DNA of 64,000 nt from Lama guanicoe (Eukaryota). Shown here piece by piece: positions 1-14,400 of this stretch. The DNA is taken from assembly GCA_013239625.1 (NCBI GenBank), contig MU053810.1, forward strand, positions 939,320-1,003,319, written 5' to 3'. How positions within the stretch are numbered: position 1 is the stretch's first letter; each line of letters begins with the position of its first letter. The position numbers were made by a program, and so were the translations under genes. The notes under the pieces were generated by a model. That model was not told the origin of the DNA, did not search any database, and was given only the letters and a program-made list of their open reading frames with translations.

Positions 1-1690
1 GTCAAGAAAAAGAAATTAAAAGCATAAAGATTAGAAAGGAGGAAATCTGTTGTTGATTTTGCTTGATATAACTGTCTACATGAAAAAAATTTCAATCTAA
101 CAACATATTACAAATTATTAGATCTAAAGGCAAGGTTAGCAAGATGACTGGATGCAAGGTCAGTATAAACAAATGAATTATGTCTTCATTCACCAGCAAA
201 TAGTTTTTTAAGCACCTTTTATAGTAGCAACAAAAACTGTAAAATTCATAAAAATGAATCTAACAAAAGGTGCAAGATAGATAGTTATAAAACTTCATAA
301 AACATATTGAAGAAGCCTCCAAAAATGGAGAGTTATGCCAAATTCAGGAATGAGGAGGCAATATCATTAATAATTCAGTTTTTCCCAATCTGTTTACAGA
401 GTCCATGCAAGGCCAGTAAATATCTCAGCAGGGTTATTCATGGAGTTTGACAAACTGATTTTCTCATTTGTAAGGGAGAACAAAGGGTCAAGAAAAGTCA
501 AAACACTACAAAAAAAAAAAAGAAGAATGAAGATGCACTTGCCTTACCGTATGTCAAGACTCTTTTAGAGCTATAGTAACTCTGACACTGTGGTGTTCGT
601 GCAGACATGAGCAAACTGAATAATGAAAAAAAAATTGACTAGAAATAGAACCTGCATATTTGGAACTTGATATTTCGCAGAGATGACAAAGCAGATCCAT
701 AGAGGAGGAGACACTATTTCATAAAGGAGGTTAGGACTGGTTATGATATGAAAACATAGAATAAATTGAGTCCTCACATTGCACAGGATTAAAAATTCAA
801 CCCCTAAAGGTTGAAGACAGAAATATGAAAAGGGAAGTGTTAAAACTGTTAGGAGGAAATCTAAGGAAATGCTCTTCTGGCTTTGATGTTAGAAAGGCTT
901 TGTTTTTTGCTTTCTCATTTCTTTCTTTTGAGGGGGGGAACTAGATTTGTTTGTTTGTTTGTTTTTTAATGAAGATGCTGGGACTGAACCCAGGACCTCA
1001 TGCATGCTAAGCATGTGCTCTATCACTTGAGCTATAGCCTCCGCTTCTTAAGACAAAGAAAAAGCCAACCAGCAGAGAAATCATAGGTACATTTGTTACA
1101 TTAAAATTAAGAATTTCTTTTGACTAAAAACACCTTGAAAAGCCTGAAAAGGGTGGTTACTCCTAGGAAAAAACATTTGTATTATGAATACCTGACTAAG
1201 TACTAGTAACCAGATTCATTAACTACTACAAATCAGAAGAAAAACACAAAACAACAGAACATATAAATGGGAAAAAAAGTATGAATAACTATTTTGCAGG
1301 AGAAACTCATGCTGGGAACAGTTGTGAAGGCTGACAGTTGCCAGTGCTAAAGATACGGATTCGCTGGTTGCTTTATATATTACTGGTGGCTTATATGCTG
1401 TTAGTAAAACTACTTAAAAATATTGTCTGTTCTATTTTAATCACTTACCATATAATGCAGCAACTCCAATCCTAACTATATATTCAAAAGAAAATTTTAC
1501 TCACATGCTCCAGGAGAAATACAAAGTAATCTTCTTATATTTAAGAGCAAAAAATTGGGGAAAAAACTAATTTTTCATCAAATAGTGACAAATTGTGTTT
1601 ATCACTGCTTCCACTAGTGAATATTTCAGCTATAAATAACAGTGTAGATAAAATCTGTAGTATAGTTTTGAAAGAAAAAAATCAAGTCTC
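1..1690 (+). mobile_element. Old degenerate L1 (ORF2 3' part and 3' end)
   Basis: Begins with RQEKEIKSIKIRKEE-like ORF2 sequence. A-rich strand bias and typical L1M motifs further on. No intact ORF. Confidence 0.75.
905..1043 (-). mobile_element. tRNA-derived SINE (camelid Vic-1-like), nested in L1
   Basis: Reverse complement ggaggctatagctcaagtgatagagcacatgcttagcatgcatgaggtcctgggttcagtccc has A-box/B-box, followed by an (AAAC)n tail. Confidence 0.8.
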
Positions 1691-1894
1691 AGAAAACTAG
1701 GTACTGGATATAAAATTACTTAGTAGCCTGTGGGGCAATTTGTAACTTTTGCACTGTGTAGACTGAAGGGGAAAATCAGAGGGATTAACAGGTAAGAAAT
1801 GCATCAACCGAGCCATGGTCTTACTCCCTGCTGATACCAGCTACTCTGCGAGATGGACATTTCCTCCCTTTATGAACACTAGACTAAGTGACAT

Positions 1895-2103
1895 CAGTGG
1901 TGCACTGATAAATGTTTAACAGTTTTAACAATTGAATTTCCAAGAAAATAAAACAAAACCCCGATTTGTAGCATTTTCTGACTTCTGAGTTGTAAATTTC
2001 AGAAATCAGCCAATTTCAAGCTACCATTGTGAATTTACAAAGGAGGGCTTGGGAAGAGACGTGCACCTTTGAGCTCTTATGAGTCAGTCTCAGTGTACCA
2101 CCG
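1895..2103 (-). mobile_element. MER63-like hAT non-autonomous DNA transposon
   Basis: Terminal inverted repeats cagtggtgcactg / cagtgtaccaccg. Internal atttcaagctacc and gggaagagacgtgcac motifs. Confidence 0.7.
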
Positions 2104-3719
2104 CCTGTGTTAGTATCTTCCTGTGACGGTTGAGAGACTCGACTGAGGGTTCAAAGATCAGTGGGATGACCTCTTTGGATTTTCTGTCCTTATGATTCTC
2201 TACCTTCAAGTCTGAGGACCTTTATCTAGTAGGTAATACAGACCAGCACACATTCTGATTTCAAATTTATTTGTCTTCCTTAACTGCAACTATTGAAATC
2301 TAAAATAATCATTTCCATTGTAATTTCCAAGATTGAGTTTTCAACAGCAAAGAGAACAATTAGTTCCCCCAAATAGTCAACCATGTGAAAAGAGAACATC
2401 CAAGTTTAATAACTGGTCCACTGCAGCTTAGATAAGAACCACCTACTGACTGATTACTTTAAAATGAAAGTCACTATCAATGTTGTTTTTGATTCTTTTA
2501 TCTCTTATAACACTAACTCAGCCCTTATCCTCATTTTGATCTTCCCTGTGGTTATAGTTAGTGCTGTGGATTATTAGGCCAAGGTTCAGACACAAGGAAC
2601 AAAGATAAGGCAACATAAATTTGAACTTTGATCTGTTGCTGCTTCTTGGTGATAAAAATTGAGTTTCACTAAGAGGCGAGTAAATGACACCAGGCCAAAA
2701 GAAGAAAAAAAAAAAAAGGCATGTTCAGTGGGAGGGAGAAAGGATAAAAGAAAGCTATTAAGAAACAGTCAGGAGCTATGAAGAAACTTTAAGAAATCAT
2801 GTTACAACCATTTCAGCCAAAGGATTCTTTCCTTGCATCTCTTAACAGTTAATATTTCAAAGTATATCTAGACTGTATGCAAAGTAGCTATTTTAACTTT
2901 TACAAGTAAGTAGTTTGGTAAAAAGGAAGGATAGCGTATTTGAAATTCTATGTTACTTTTTACTGAAAATTAAGATATTGAGTATTTTCTTCCTCTTCCT
3001 CTTATATCCCCCATTAGCATGGGCAATTGGGAAAGAGTCAGAGCAGGTGTTCAGATGGATTTGGGGACTCAATTTAAAGATTCTAATAGTTTGGTAACAC
3101 TCTCTAATCCTAAAATAGAAAGTTAAGAAAAAATATCTTTATTATGGAGAGGATTGAAAGACTTCAGAGTTTGTACTTGGCCTTCTATTTCTAGTTTCAG
3201 GTATCTTATTGATTTTATCTTCAGTCTAGATTTAGAAGGAAGACTGCTCCAGAAGCCCCTCCCAAATAAGCTTTCAAATCCAGCTTAGTTTCCAATCTGT
3301 GAATGCAATATCATGCAAACCTCATTTTAGCCTCAAGCACCCAGAATCTGCCACTTTAGAGAAGCCTGAAAATTTTAACCTATGTCCAATTTTTGACATG
3401 AAATGAACCATTAATACAGAAAGAGAGCAAATGGCATCTAAAAAGCTGGAATGAGACGGTATGTTACCTATTCACCAATATAATATGCATTTTTCTAGTT
3501 TTCTTAAAATGGAGTTGGAATATGAAATAGTGAAAAGTAAAACCTGTCTCATTCAACCTTAATAGTAGCAGAGAGGAATAACTAAAAGATGACTGTGAAA
3601 TCTTTGAGGGAAATAAATTTAGAATAAATAAAATATTGGCCTACATTGTGAATAACAAAACAAGGACTTTATGAATGTTGTAGAAGGGGTTCAAAAAAGT
3701 CATCAATAGGGGATAAAAT

Positions 3720-4362
3720 CAATCCTCATGATTCACAGATACCATATTTGCAAATTAACCTACTTGCTAAAGTCTGTTTGTAACCCCCAAATCAACGCTC
3801 ACTATGCCTTTGCAGTCATTTGCTGGAATGCAAAGCAGTGAGATATTTGAGTTGCCTGAAGCTCATGTTCTCAACTGAAGTTGAACAGGTGATGCTCTGC
3901 CTTCTTGCTTCTGCTCTCATACTGTAAACTAATGTCCTTTTCATGGTCTATTTGGTACCATGTTTCATTCCATGGCACTAATCATCAGGGAAGTGCAAAT
4001 GAAAACCACTCCTGTTAGGATGACTGTTAGAAGAAAAGAAATCAGAAAAGACAACAAATGTTGGCAAGGATGTGAAGAAAGTGGAACCCTTGTGCACTAT
4101 CGGTGGAAATGCAAAATGGTGCAGCTGCTATGGAATGGTATGGACTCTCCACATTTTTGTGCTTTTTGTTGGTGACTTGGTTGTTTAAAATGGACCCCAA
4201 GCATAGTGCTGACAGCCTGCCTGCTGTACCCAAGTACAAGACAGCAGTGGTGTGCCTTATGGGGGAAACGTGTGTTAGGAGAGCTTCATTCAGGCATGAG
4301 TTCTCGTGTTAATGACTCGCCTGTTGGCTCTGAGTTCGATGTTAATGGATCTACAATATATG
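3720..4362 (+). mobile_element. Tigger4 (Zombi)-like fragment interrupted by an L1 piece (about 3966-4147)
   Basis: Recalled Tigger4 motifs (tttgtaacccccaaatcaa; ttgtgctttttgttggtga; ttcaggcatgagtt) flank an L1 ORF2 C-terminal fragment. Confidence 0.7.
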
Positions 4363-4589
4363 TAACAACACTATGTATGTATACGTATGTATATACATAT
4401 ACATATACAAAGTTTCTCCTTGAGTAATGGGGCAAATTGGAAGTCATAGTTAGGGAGAAAATGAATGAAAAGAGCAGATGGGGACATTAATAAATGACTT
4501 TTCCTTTTGCCCTTGAGTAGCTATTTTTCTCTGGGAAGAATAGTCCTGTTTTCTTCTAATCATACAGTCCTCTCTGCCTAGAAAAAAAT

Positions 4590-5410
4590 CTCCCTGTGCT
4601 CTCCTTTACACTTATTTTACTTCTGATCACCTAATGTGTGGGCTTTTTCCACACATCAACCAATCTTTCAGTACTAGCTGGGTATCCTATAGTTTGACTC
4701 ATTTCTGACACTGCCGACTGGAGTTAGCGTCAGATCACACAAGGTAAGAGCTTAGTGTCACAGACTACCCTCACTCCTGATGCCAACTGAAGTCTCAGGT
4801 TGTCACCTGTACTTCTGACCGGCTGGCTATAAACTGGAGGTTTTAGGAATCCTGGATTTGATAATGTTCTAGAGCAGCTCATGGAACTCAAGGAAACCCT
4901 TATAGTTTACCAGTTTATTATAATAAAGGATACAAATGAGCAGCCACATGAAAAGAGACATAAGCTAAGGTCTGAAAAGTTTCCAAACATGAGAACTTCT
5001 GTCCCCATGGAGTTGGGGTGTGCCGCCTCCTGCCATGTGGACTTATTCCCTAACCTGACGGCTCTTTGAACGCCTACTTTGGGGACTTGTATGGAGGCTT
5101 CATTACGTAGGCATGATCAGTTACTAACTCAATTTCTTGGCCTCTCCCCACTCTAGAAATGGGGGGGAAGAGAGCTGAAAGTTCCAAACTTTTAATCATG
5201 GCTTGATCTTTCTGATGACCAGTCCTCTTCCAAGAGCCCCCTGAGAGTCTCCTCAGTGGGACAAAAGATGCTTCTTACACCAAGGAAATGCCAAGAGATA
5301 CAGGAGCTCTGTGTCAGACACTCCTATCACTCAGGAAATTGTAAGGGTTTTAGGAGCTCTATGTTAGGAAACAGGATCAAAGACCAAATATTCGTAGGAA
5401 CTGGGGCAGA
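4590..5410 (-). mobile_element. MER21-like LTR
   Basis: Motifs gttagcgtcagatc, caggttgtcacctgtacttctgacc and ccagtttattataataaaggatac. Confidence 0.65.
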
Positions 5411-6168
5411 ATCTTATGTACTGAGGTGGTAGACCTGTAACTCAGTCTTGACCCCTCTGAGCACCGCATTTCACTGGCCAGAGGGATCAGTTTAATGATG
5501 GACCTGAAGCCAATCAGAGCCAAGGGCATGTACTAGGAATCCTTCCTGACCTTATGGAGAGTTTGATGTGGACCCTATAAAGGCTCACTCAGCATAGGAT
5601 ATTACCAAGGAGATGCTCAAATACTACTTCAATATTAGCTTTTACTTTTTTTTTTTGGTTGCTTGATTTTCTTTTTAATGTTGAAAATCTTTCAAATAAA
5701 ATCTAGTTCTTCTCATCTCACCTCAGAATATTTTGACTACAAATATACATCAGATGCAGTTTCACTGTGTTTTAAAAATTCATTTCTGTTCTGAGAGAAA
5801 AAAATGCTGGCATCTCCATTCATTAAGTTAAAATATGTTGATTCAGCCATAAACTGTATGGGCAAAAATCAAATGATCTTGTCTATAATATTGCATTAGT
5901 TGTCTCAGTGGGAAGGTTCAGATATAATTGCTCTTGAGTTCTAAGATGCTTTATATATGAAAGTTGAAGCTTCCAACTTCACAATGATACTGACAAAATC
6001 AAATTTATATAACCCAAATTGTTATCAGATATAACAAATATGAAACCATTAATCAAGTGAAAACATATTTGAAAAAAATTGGTCATCAACTTGAGTAATT
6101 CTGCTGAACTTCATGACAAGGAAGAAGAGTTAATGTGAAATCCCAAATCCATCATGAATTACAAAAAA

Positions 6169-6295
6169 TTTAATGAACTTAAATGTTTGTATTATTTAAT
6201 GAATCATGGACCAAATGTCTCACTGGACATTTTAATGAAATTAAATGTTTGTATTATTTAATGAATCATAGTCCAAACATCCCATTGGACATTTT
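6169..6295 (+). repeat. Two-copy 62-bp tandem duplication
   Basis: ttaaatgtttgtattatttaatgaatcat at 6179 and 6241. Confidence 0.85.
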
Positions 6296-6424
6296 GGACA
6301 GGACCAAACTTCAAGGAACTTTTTGGTGTGGACAGATGTCTCAGATAGGACCAAATACTGAAGATCTTTTGTTATAGATCAAATGCTTCAGTGAATGTTT
6401 TGGACAGGATCAAATGTCCTCAAA

Positions 6425-6745
6425 GGGTTCTAGGACCCACCTTGAGTACCAAAATTTGCAGATGCTTAAGTCCCTTATATAAAATGCCATGGTACTTGTA
6501 TATACCTTTAGCACATCCTCCCATATACTTTAAACGAACTCTAGATTAATTATAATACCTAATATAAAGCAAAGGCTACATAAATAGTTGTAAATGGAAT
6601 ATAAATGGTATATAAATAGTGTTGGCACGCAGCAAATTCAAGTTTTGATTTCTGGAACTTTTTGGAATTTATTTTTATAATATTTTTAATGCATGGTTTG
6701 TTGAATGTGTGGATGTGAAATCTTCGGATATGGAGGGCCAACTAT
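6425..6745. mobile_element. MER2-like (Tigger-family) MITE
   Basis: gatgcttaagtcccttatataaaatg ... ggatatggagggccaactata terminal motif. Confidence 0.75.
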
Positions 6746-8156
6746 ATCTTACAGTTTTGTCAATTATACCTCAAAAAAGCTGAAAAAAAAACCTTGAAAC
6801 TTGTGTACCATAAAAGATTTCATATGTAACTATACCAAATTGGTTCTGCTTTTTCAACTTTAGTATCTGTTAGGAGAATGTGATATATAACATTAGGTAA
6901 TCTTCCTGGTAAGGTCTCTGCTGTATATTTCAGTTACCAATCAAGACGATTTAATCAATACATCTAGCTTTTATTTGATAAAGTTGACAAGCAGACCTGT
7001 GCCTTCGAGAGACATTTTGTAAATTTGACCTTTAATGTGAAAAAGCAAATCATGCTGCTCTGATTGTGGAGTTCACCTTGTCATAAACCAGTCAGGGATC
7101 TCGCGATAGCATTAGTTTTTAGCTCAGAATTCATTTTCAAAAATATAACTCTATAAATTCAGAAAAAGAAAAATGTCTTTAAAGTCATTTGGAAAATATG
7201 GGCAAGTACAGAAAATGAGAACAATCTGGTATCCCAGGAAGCCATCTCTTTCTTAAATGGTGACTCTACCACAAAATTCACAGACATTCATCAGCCTTTA
7301 AGGATATGCTGCTTCTTAAAGGCGGTAATGCAGAGATGAAGATTAGCTGCATGACACAAGTAATAATCTAAGGATGATGCTGAGATGGCTCTTGAAAACA
7401 ACCTATTCATTCAGCAAACGTGAACTCTAGAAAACAGCTCAAAAATGAGTTCAATACTTTTTCTTTGCACGCTCATAATTCTCCACCAGCAAGGTGAAAT
7501 GAATTGTGTCTGTGGACCCTTAAGACTCAGAGAATAAACAGAATCGGGAGAGGACACCAATAATTTGCTCCAGTTTCTCATTTTAGAAGGAATTAAGCTC
7601 ACTTGAAATAAAATGAAAACCTTGGAAAGAACTTGAAGCATTTAAATTGTTTCCCCTACTTTCTTTTATTTAAATTAAAAATTTTAATCAAAGAAATAGC
7701 TGGACATAATTTAAAAGTCAAATAGTAACAAAAGGATTATAATTTTAAAAAGCAGTCCCTTGTCCCAGCCCTCTGATAATATTGTTACTATAATAATATT
7801 GATAATATGTGAATATTGTTGATAAATGAACTATACTGCATCGATGATAATATTTGCTTTGATGTACAATTTTTTTTTCTTGAAAGTTTTTTGGGGTTTT
7901 TTTTTTTTTTTTTTTTTTTAGCCTAGTAAAACTCTTCTCAATATAATCAAACACACCTTGAGAAAGGTTGCTTCGAAAGCAAAGTTTTTGTGACCTCATG
8001 TGTTTGAAAATATCCTTATTTTCCCCTTACCTTTGACTGAGTGTTCAGTGTTAGATAGAATTCTAGGTTAAAATTTTTACTTTGTGATTCCAGAGCACTG
8101 ATACAATTGCTTTTCCCTTCTAAGGTTCCAGCTGAGAAGTCTCATGCCATTCTTCC

Positions 8157-8158
<2 letters not shown>

Positions 8159-8196
<38 letters not shown>
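8159..8196. repeat. (TG)n microsatellite
   Basis: Direct observation. Confidence 0.95.
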
Positions 8197-8197
<1 letters not shown>

Positions 8198-8249
8198 TCT
8201 AAAGACTTGTGGGACCTTTTAAATATCTATGGTATTCTGAAAATTTGTT

Positions 8250-11200
8250 CCTGTTTGTTTGTTTGTTTATTTACTTGAAGTACAGTTAATTACAATGTGT
8301 CAATCTCTGGGGTACAGCACAATGTCCCAGTCATGCATATACATACATATAATCATTTTCATATTTTGTTCCTTTTTTTTTAGTTCACGATCACCTCACA
8401 GACTTATCTTTGTGTATGTGTGTGTTGTGTGTGTAATGAGAACTTTTAAGATTTATTCTCTTAACAACTTTCAAGTGTACAGGATTGTTCATATAAGATT
8501 GTTAACTATTGTCACTATGCTGTATGATAGATCCCCAAACCTTATTCTTCTTATAACTGAAAGTTTGTCCCTTTAGACCACTTTCACCCATACCTCCCCC
8601 CTTGACAACCAGTAGTCTAATCTCTGTTTGTGTGAGTTCTGTTTTTTAGATTCCATGTTTGGGTGAGATCACAAATTGTTTGTCTTTGTCTGAATTATTT
8701 CACTTAGCATAATGCCCTTAAGTTTCCCCTATGTTGATGCAAATGGCAGGATTTCCTTCTTTCTAGTGGCTGAGTAATATTCCACTGAGTGTGTGTGAGT
8801 CTTGACCCATTATCCATCTACGGATGCTTAGGTGGTTCTTGTGTCATGGCTGTTATAAATAATGCTACATGCGGGATGCAGGTATCTCTTAGGGTTAATA
8901 TTTTCCTTTCCTTTGGATAAATACCCAGAAGTGGGATTGCTGGACCAGAAAACAGTTACATTTTCATTTTTTTGAGGAATACATAATACTGTTTTCTGTA
9001 GCGGCTGCAACAATTTACATTCCCACCAACAGTGCATAACTGTTCCCTTTTGTCTACATCCTCTCCAACACCTGTTATTCCTTGTCTTTTTGATAATAAC
9101 CTGTCTAACTAGTGTGTGGTGATATCTCATTGTGGTTTTGATTTGTGTTTCCCTGATAATTGGTGATAATTCCCTGATGATGAACATCTTTTTATGGACC
9201 TGTAGGCCATTTGTAGGTCTTCTTTGGAAAAAGTGTCTATTCAGGTCCTTTGCCCATTTAAAAAATTGGATTATGTATTTTTTCTATTGGGTTGTGTTTG
9301 TTCCATATATATTTTGAATATTAACCCTTTATCAGATATATGGCTTGCAAATATTTTCTCCTATCTGTAAGTTGCAAGTTTTTCCTTTGTGTTTACCATG
9401 AGGCTTACATTAAGTATCTTATAGTTATAATGTCCTGTTTTAAGCTGACAGTAACTTAAATTTGATGGCATACAGAAACTTTAAACAATATTTCTTCTTC
9501 CTTGCACTTTAGGAAATTGATGTTACAATCTACATCTTTTTTACATTGTGCATATAATAACAAATTATTGTTGCTATAGTTATTTTTATTATGTTTGTTT
9601 TTTAATTTTTAAACTGGAATTTTAAGTGATTTACATACCACAATTACAATATTAGAGAACCTGGCTTTGACTGCATTTACCTTTACTGATGAATTTTGCA
9701 CATTTATATGTTTTTACAATGTTCAGTAGCATCCTTTCATTTCAGGCTGTTGAACACCCTTGTAAGGCAGGTGCAGTGGTGATAAATGTTCTCAGATTTT
9801 ATTTGTTTGGCAAAGTCTTTATTTCTCCTTTATTTCTGAAGGACATCTTTTCCAGAAAAAGAATTCATGGTTGAGGTTTGTTTTGTTTTGTTTTGAGTAC
9901 ATCTTTTCACCCTCTCCTGGCTTGCAAAGTTACCACTGAGAAGCCACTGATCATTTTATGGAGGCCCCCCCACCCCCTTGTATGTAGCAAGTCACTTTTC
10001 TCTTGCTGCTTTCAAAATTTGGCTTTTGACTAATTATAATGTATCTCAATGTAGAATTTTTCTGGTTCAACCTATTTGTGATCTTTTGAGCCTCATGAAT
10101 CTGAGTGTCCATTTCTCTCTCCAAGTTTGGGAAATCTTCATTCATTATGTATTTAAATAGACTGACCATCTCTTTCTCGTTTCTTTTTCCAGGATTCCCA
10201 TAATGCACATATTGTTACTTGGTTATGTCCCATCAATCCCATAGGTTTTCTTTATTCTTTTTCTTTCTTTCTTTCTTTCTTTTTATTTTCTTTTGCTCCT
10301 CTGCATAATTTCAAATGATCTGTCTTTCAGTTTACTGACTCTCTTTTTTGTTGAGTCTGTTGTTGAAATTCTTTAGTTCAGTCACTGTATTCTTCATCTC
10401 TAGAGTTTTTGTTTGCTTTTGATGATTTCTATTTCTTTGTTTAAATTCTCATTTTGTTCATGCACTGTTTTCCTAACTTTGTTTAGTTTTTTTGTGTGTT
10501 CTGTAGTTCACTGAACTTCTTGAAGAGAATTATTCTGAATTCTTTTTCAGTAGATAGATCTTTATTTCTTTAGGGTCAGTTTTTGAGGGTTTATTAGTTA
10601 TCTTTGGTGGTGTGATGTTTACCTGATTTTCATGATCTTTTGTCTCTACATTGGTATCTGCATTTCAGTAAGTGGTTCCCCGCACCCCAGACTTTATAGG
10701 TTCATTTCAGCAGAGAAAGACCCTCACCATTAACTCAGCTTGGGGTACTGGTTTGTTTACCTAGTAACACCTATGGGCAGGTGAGTCTTGCTATTTGAGT
10801 ATCTAGTTGGACAAGGCCACAGCCTGTGCTCTGATTTCAAGGGAGGAGTGCTGCTAGCTGGGCTCTGTGGTTGGGTGGGCCTGCTAGCTGGCCTGTGTTT
10901 TCAAGTAGGCCTGTTGCGTGGGCTCTCTGATTGGGCAGGGCTGCTGGCTACGTTCTGTCATCGAGTGGGGCCGCTAACTGGGCTCTGAAGTCATCTCTGG
11001 TCAGGCAGGGTTGCAGGCTGTGTTATGTAGCAAGGTGGTGCCTGTAGTTGGATTCCACAATTGGGCAGGGCTGTGGGCCATGCTCCACATTTGCTCTTGA
11101 GTAGAGGCCTTAGGCTGTTTTCCTTGACTGGATTGCATTGGTTGGACTCCATGTGCAGGCAGGGATGTACATCAGACTTCATGGTCAGATAGGATATCAG

Positions 11201-11440
11201 GCTATGCCACAAAGTTGGGCAGGGCTAGAATCTGGGCTTTGTGATCAAGTAGACCATATGTTGAGTTCTGCCTTTGGCTGAGGTCACTGGTCTGGCTCTC
11301 TGATTGGGGAGGGGCTTCAAATGAACCCCGCTGTTGATTGAGTCTGGATATTGTGTTTAGCAATCAGGCAGGGCAGTATCCTGGTCTCCACTGCTTGGTA
11401 GCATTGTAGGCTGGGTTCTGCATCTGGGTGGTACCACTGT
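8250..11440 (-). mobile_element. Cluster of L1 fragments (3' ends, ORF2 C-terminus, ORF1 and 5' region)
   Basis: ORF 8828-9187 ([19 protein letters not shown]) is ORF2-like. ORF 9951-10208 (NEDFPNLEREMDTQIHEAQK) is ORF1-like. GC-richer 5'-type sequence at about 10780-11440. Confidence 0.8.
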
Positions 11441-14400
11441 CACTCTGAGCTCAGAATGAAAACAATATGGGGGAGATCCACACAGTAACAGGCATGTAAC
11501 AGAAGTGAGAAATGACCTTTCATTGTAAGTCATGGAGATCTTAGGTAGTTTGTTGCCATTATGTAACTTAATATGAGCTGAGTGATGCAGAGTTCTTCTG
11601 TTTTATTGCCTAGATGTAGTCTGGAAGTATGGCCCTTTTTATTTTCATACATTTTAGCTCCTTTTTGTAAAGTAGAAGCTAAATAAATATTTTGATTGAA
11701 TTAATCCTTTGTAAAGTGAGTATATCTTTTTTTTTTAATGGATTGGTTCTAAATAAGAGAAAACTGCCTCAGACTGGCCTAAATTCTCATAGGAGAGTTC
11801 CCTGGTTCACATATCAGGAAGAGTACAAAAGTGAAAAGGTCTTTGAGTCTGGTTTGACATAGTGGCTCATTCAATTCATCATGGATCAAGTTCATGTATA
11901 TCTCTCCAGCCTGCCTTTGACAATGTCAGCTTTATTCTCATTTTTCCTTATTTAACTGATGATGCTGCCAGCCATCCCCAGGGCTACATGCTTTCTTGTG
12001 AACACTAGGAAGAGAGATGGCCCTTCTAGGAGTTCTCTCACCGAGTGGCTAAACATCTTTTTTAGACTCGACAGTAAATTCTTGCACGTTAGTGACAGAA
12101 AGTGAGTCACTCATCCTTTTCTGAACTAATAACTATAACCTTATTAACCCAAACCTCAGATACAGATTGAACATCTTGAACCAGGCATGGAGGTATGGTT
12201 AAACCATTCCTAAAGGACAAGGGGTCGTGAGTTGGTCCAAAGCAATTAATAGTTAAATATGCTGGACAAAATTACAATGAACACTGTGTGTTAATGCAGG
12301 GTTTTCACCAGTTCCTGTATGTAAGTATGTGATACATTGTGCCAGACGATGTGTGTTTTGATTTTTGCTGAATATTCCTGTGCATTTAGCATAACCCAAG
12401 AGAAGCTGGTAATTGAAAAGTTATGATCTGGCAAGCACACATCCAGTTTCACATAGCCACTAGATTCATCCCGTCTAGTTCTGAAAATTATCATCAGACT
12501 AGCTCCTTACCACACTTCACATGATCAATTATACCTCATCTTTGATATCTTTCCAGATTTTATGCTTTCTCCTTTTCCTTCCCTCCCTCTCTCTGATAAA
12601 TCAATATAGATACATAATCTGTTTATATCTATTTATTTATTTACATTCTGTTCAACTTTGTGTGACTTCTTTTCTCTTCTTTTTTTTTTCATAAGCACTA
12701 AATTCATCGTGTTTTCTTGACAATATCTTCAGGTTTACCAAGATTCATTTAGGCTTATTTTAGTATTTTTTCTAGTAACTGTTACTGGATGTTTGGATCA
12801 TGAAAATCCATTTAAAACCTTGATTTTTCTTCTTCCTTATTTAGCTAATTTTCAGACAGAGATAGTCTAAAGATTTTACTGAGATACTATTTCACTTTGA
12901 ATAATTTATAATTAATGTGATTTTTTCGGTTGCACTAGATGACTGATCATTTATTTCATGTCTGAGTTTTATATTTCAAAGTAGAATTTTAATGGGCATT
13001 AAATCAATTAGAATACATTTGACCATCATCGCAGATTAACTGTATGTGGAGATCTAAACTGTTTTTTCTTTTGATAAATGTGCACTGATAAATACAACCC
13101 TGAGAAATGCTGAAATTCTCATTAAAATGAGGGAAAATATTACAATGAAAATTTTCCTACTCTGTTATATAAAGTAGGCCCTTTAATGCATCCTAGGTTT
13201 TGAAAACTTCCTGTTGGTAACAAACTAAAGTATTATAATCCAGCAGTTTTTTAGTGAAAATGTCTATGCAGTATTTAAAATAAATCAATCTGTAATGAAT
13301 ACTTGCATTTTAAATAAAAAGTATTTGTTGTAAGGGAGTTGCATTTAATTTTCCAATCACAATGCTGTAAACTACTTCAGTTGGCTTTGTTCCACTTTTC
13401 AACCCTTAGTTGGTTCACAGTGAATTCATCAGGAAGATGCTCAGGGGAAATCAAAGATAGAGAAACCCTTCTGCAGAGTTCAGCAGCAAAGAGGTGGAGA
13501 AAGAACAGCAGTTCGAGTGCTTGGCTAAAGATGAAGTTTTTGAGTGATGCAGGCATATATTTTTTGGTTTTAATCAGGACCAGAGCCAGGCTGGTTAAAA
13601 GGAGGCATTTGTCTACAGTGGGGAATAGGGGATTTGCCCTGTTGTCTGAAAGTCTTTTATTAGATTTTTCTTCCAGGGACTGAGAGAGGAGAGAGTGCAC
13701 ATATCTTAAAGGTGTAATAGGGAAAGCAATTACTTTTGATTAGGCAGAACTCAGTTTGAATCCCATTCACATCTCTGAGTAGTCCTGTAATCTCTGGGCA
13801 GATTATCTCACCAATTTCAGACTCAGCGTCACCATTGAAACCAATGTTTTCTTCACTGGGGAGTGGGGTGAATAATGTTAAATGAATTAACATGTGCATA
13901 AATGATCAGACACCATGGTAGGGGTTGGGTGAGTGCCTGGGTCCCTATCTTTCTTCTTCTCTTAGTCACTCTTTCTCTACTCTTTCCCCCACAGAAGGAA
14001 GTGGGAGGGTTCTGGAGATTAACGTAACCACTTATGGTTTAGTTGAGGACTGGCTTACAGTGGGACAACTCTTTCTAAAATGCACCGTAAAACACGGAAG
14101 GTGTCTGGTTTCTCGCACATCAGGGTGCAGCCACTTCACATCACAAAATGGTTTTAGGAATTAGGCAAATAATTATACACACCCTGTGCCATGCGTACTA
14201 TACAAGGAAGAAGCATTCTGGAGTCAGAGACATCTGAATTTATAGATCCCTAGTCCCAGAGTCAGGGTAAAGCTCTTTATCTTCTCTGGGTTCCAGTTTC
14301 CTCTTTGAATTGCAGTCTAAAAAAATGTGTGTGAGAGATGATAAGCGTGAATTTCTGCAGCACAGAGCTTGGCACTTAGTAGGCTCTCAGTGGATTTTGC

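Noticed and set aside
13339..13700. Overlapping 114/107-aa ORFs, and similar short ORFs such as 17425, 27855 and 43374
   Set aside because: No recognisable domains, splice structure or codon bias; consistent with chance.
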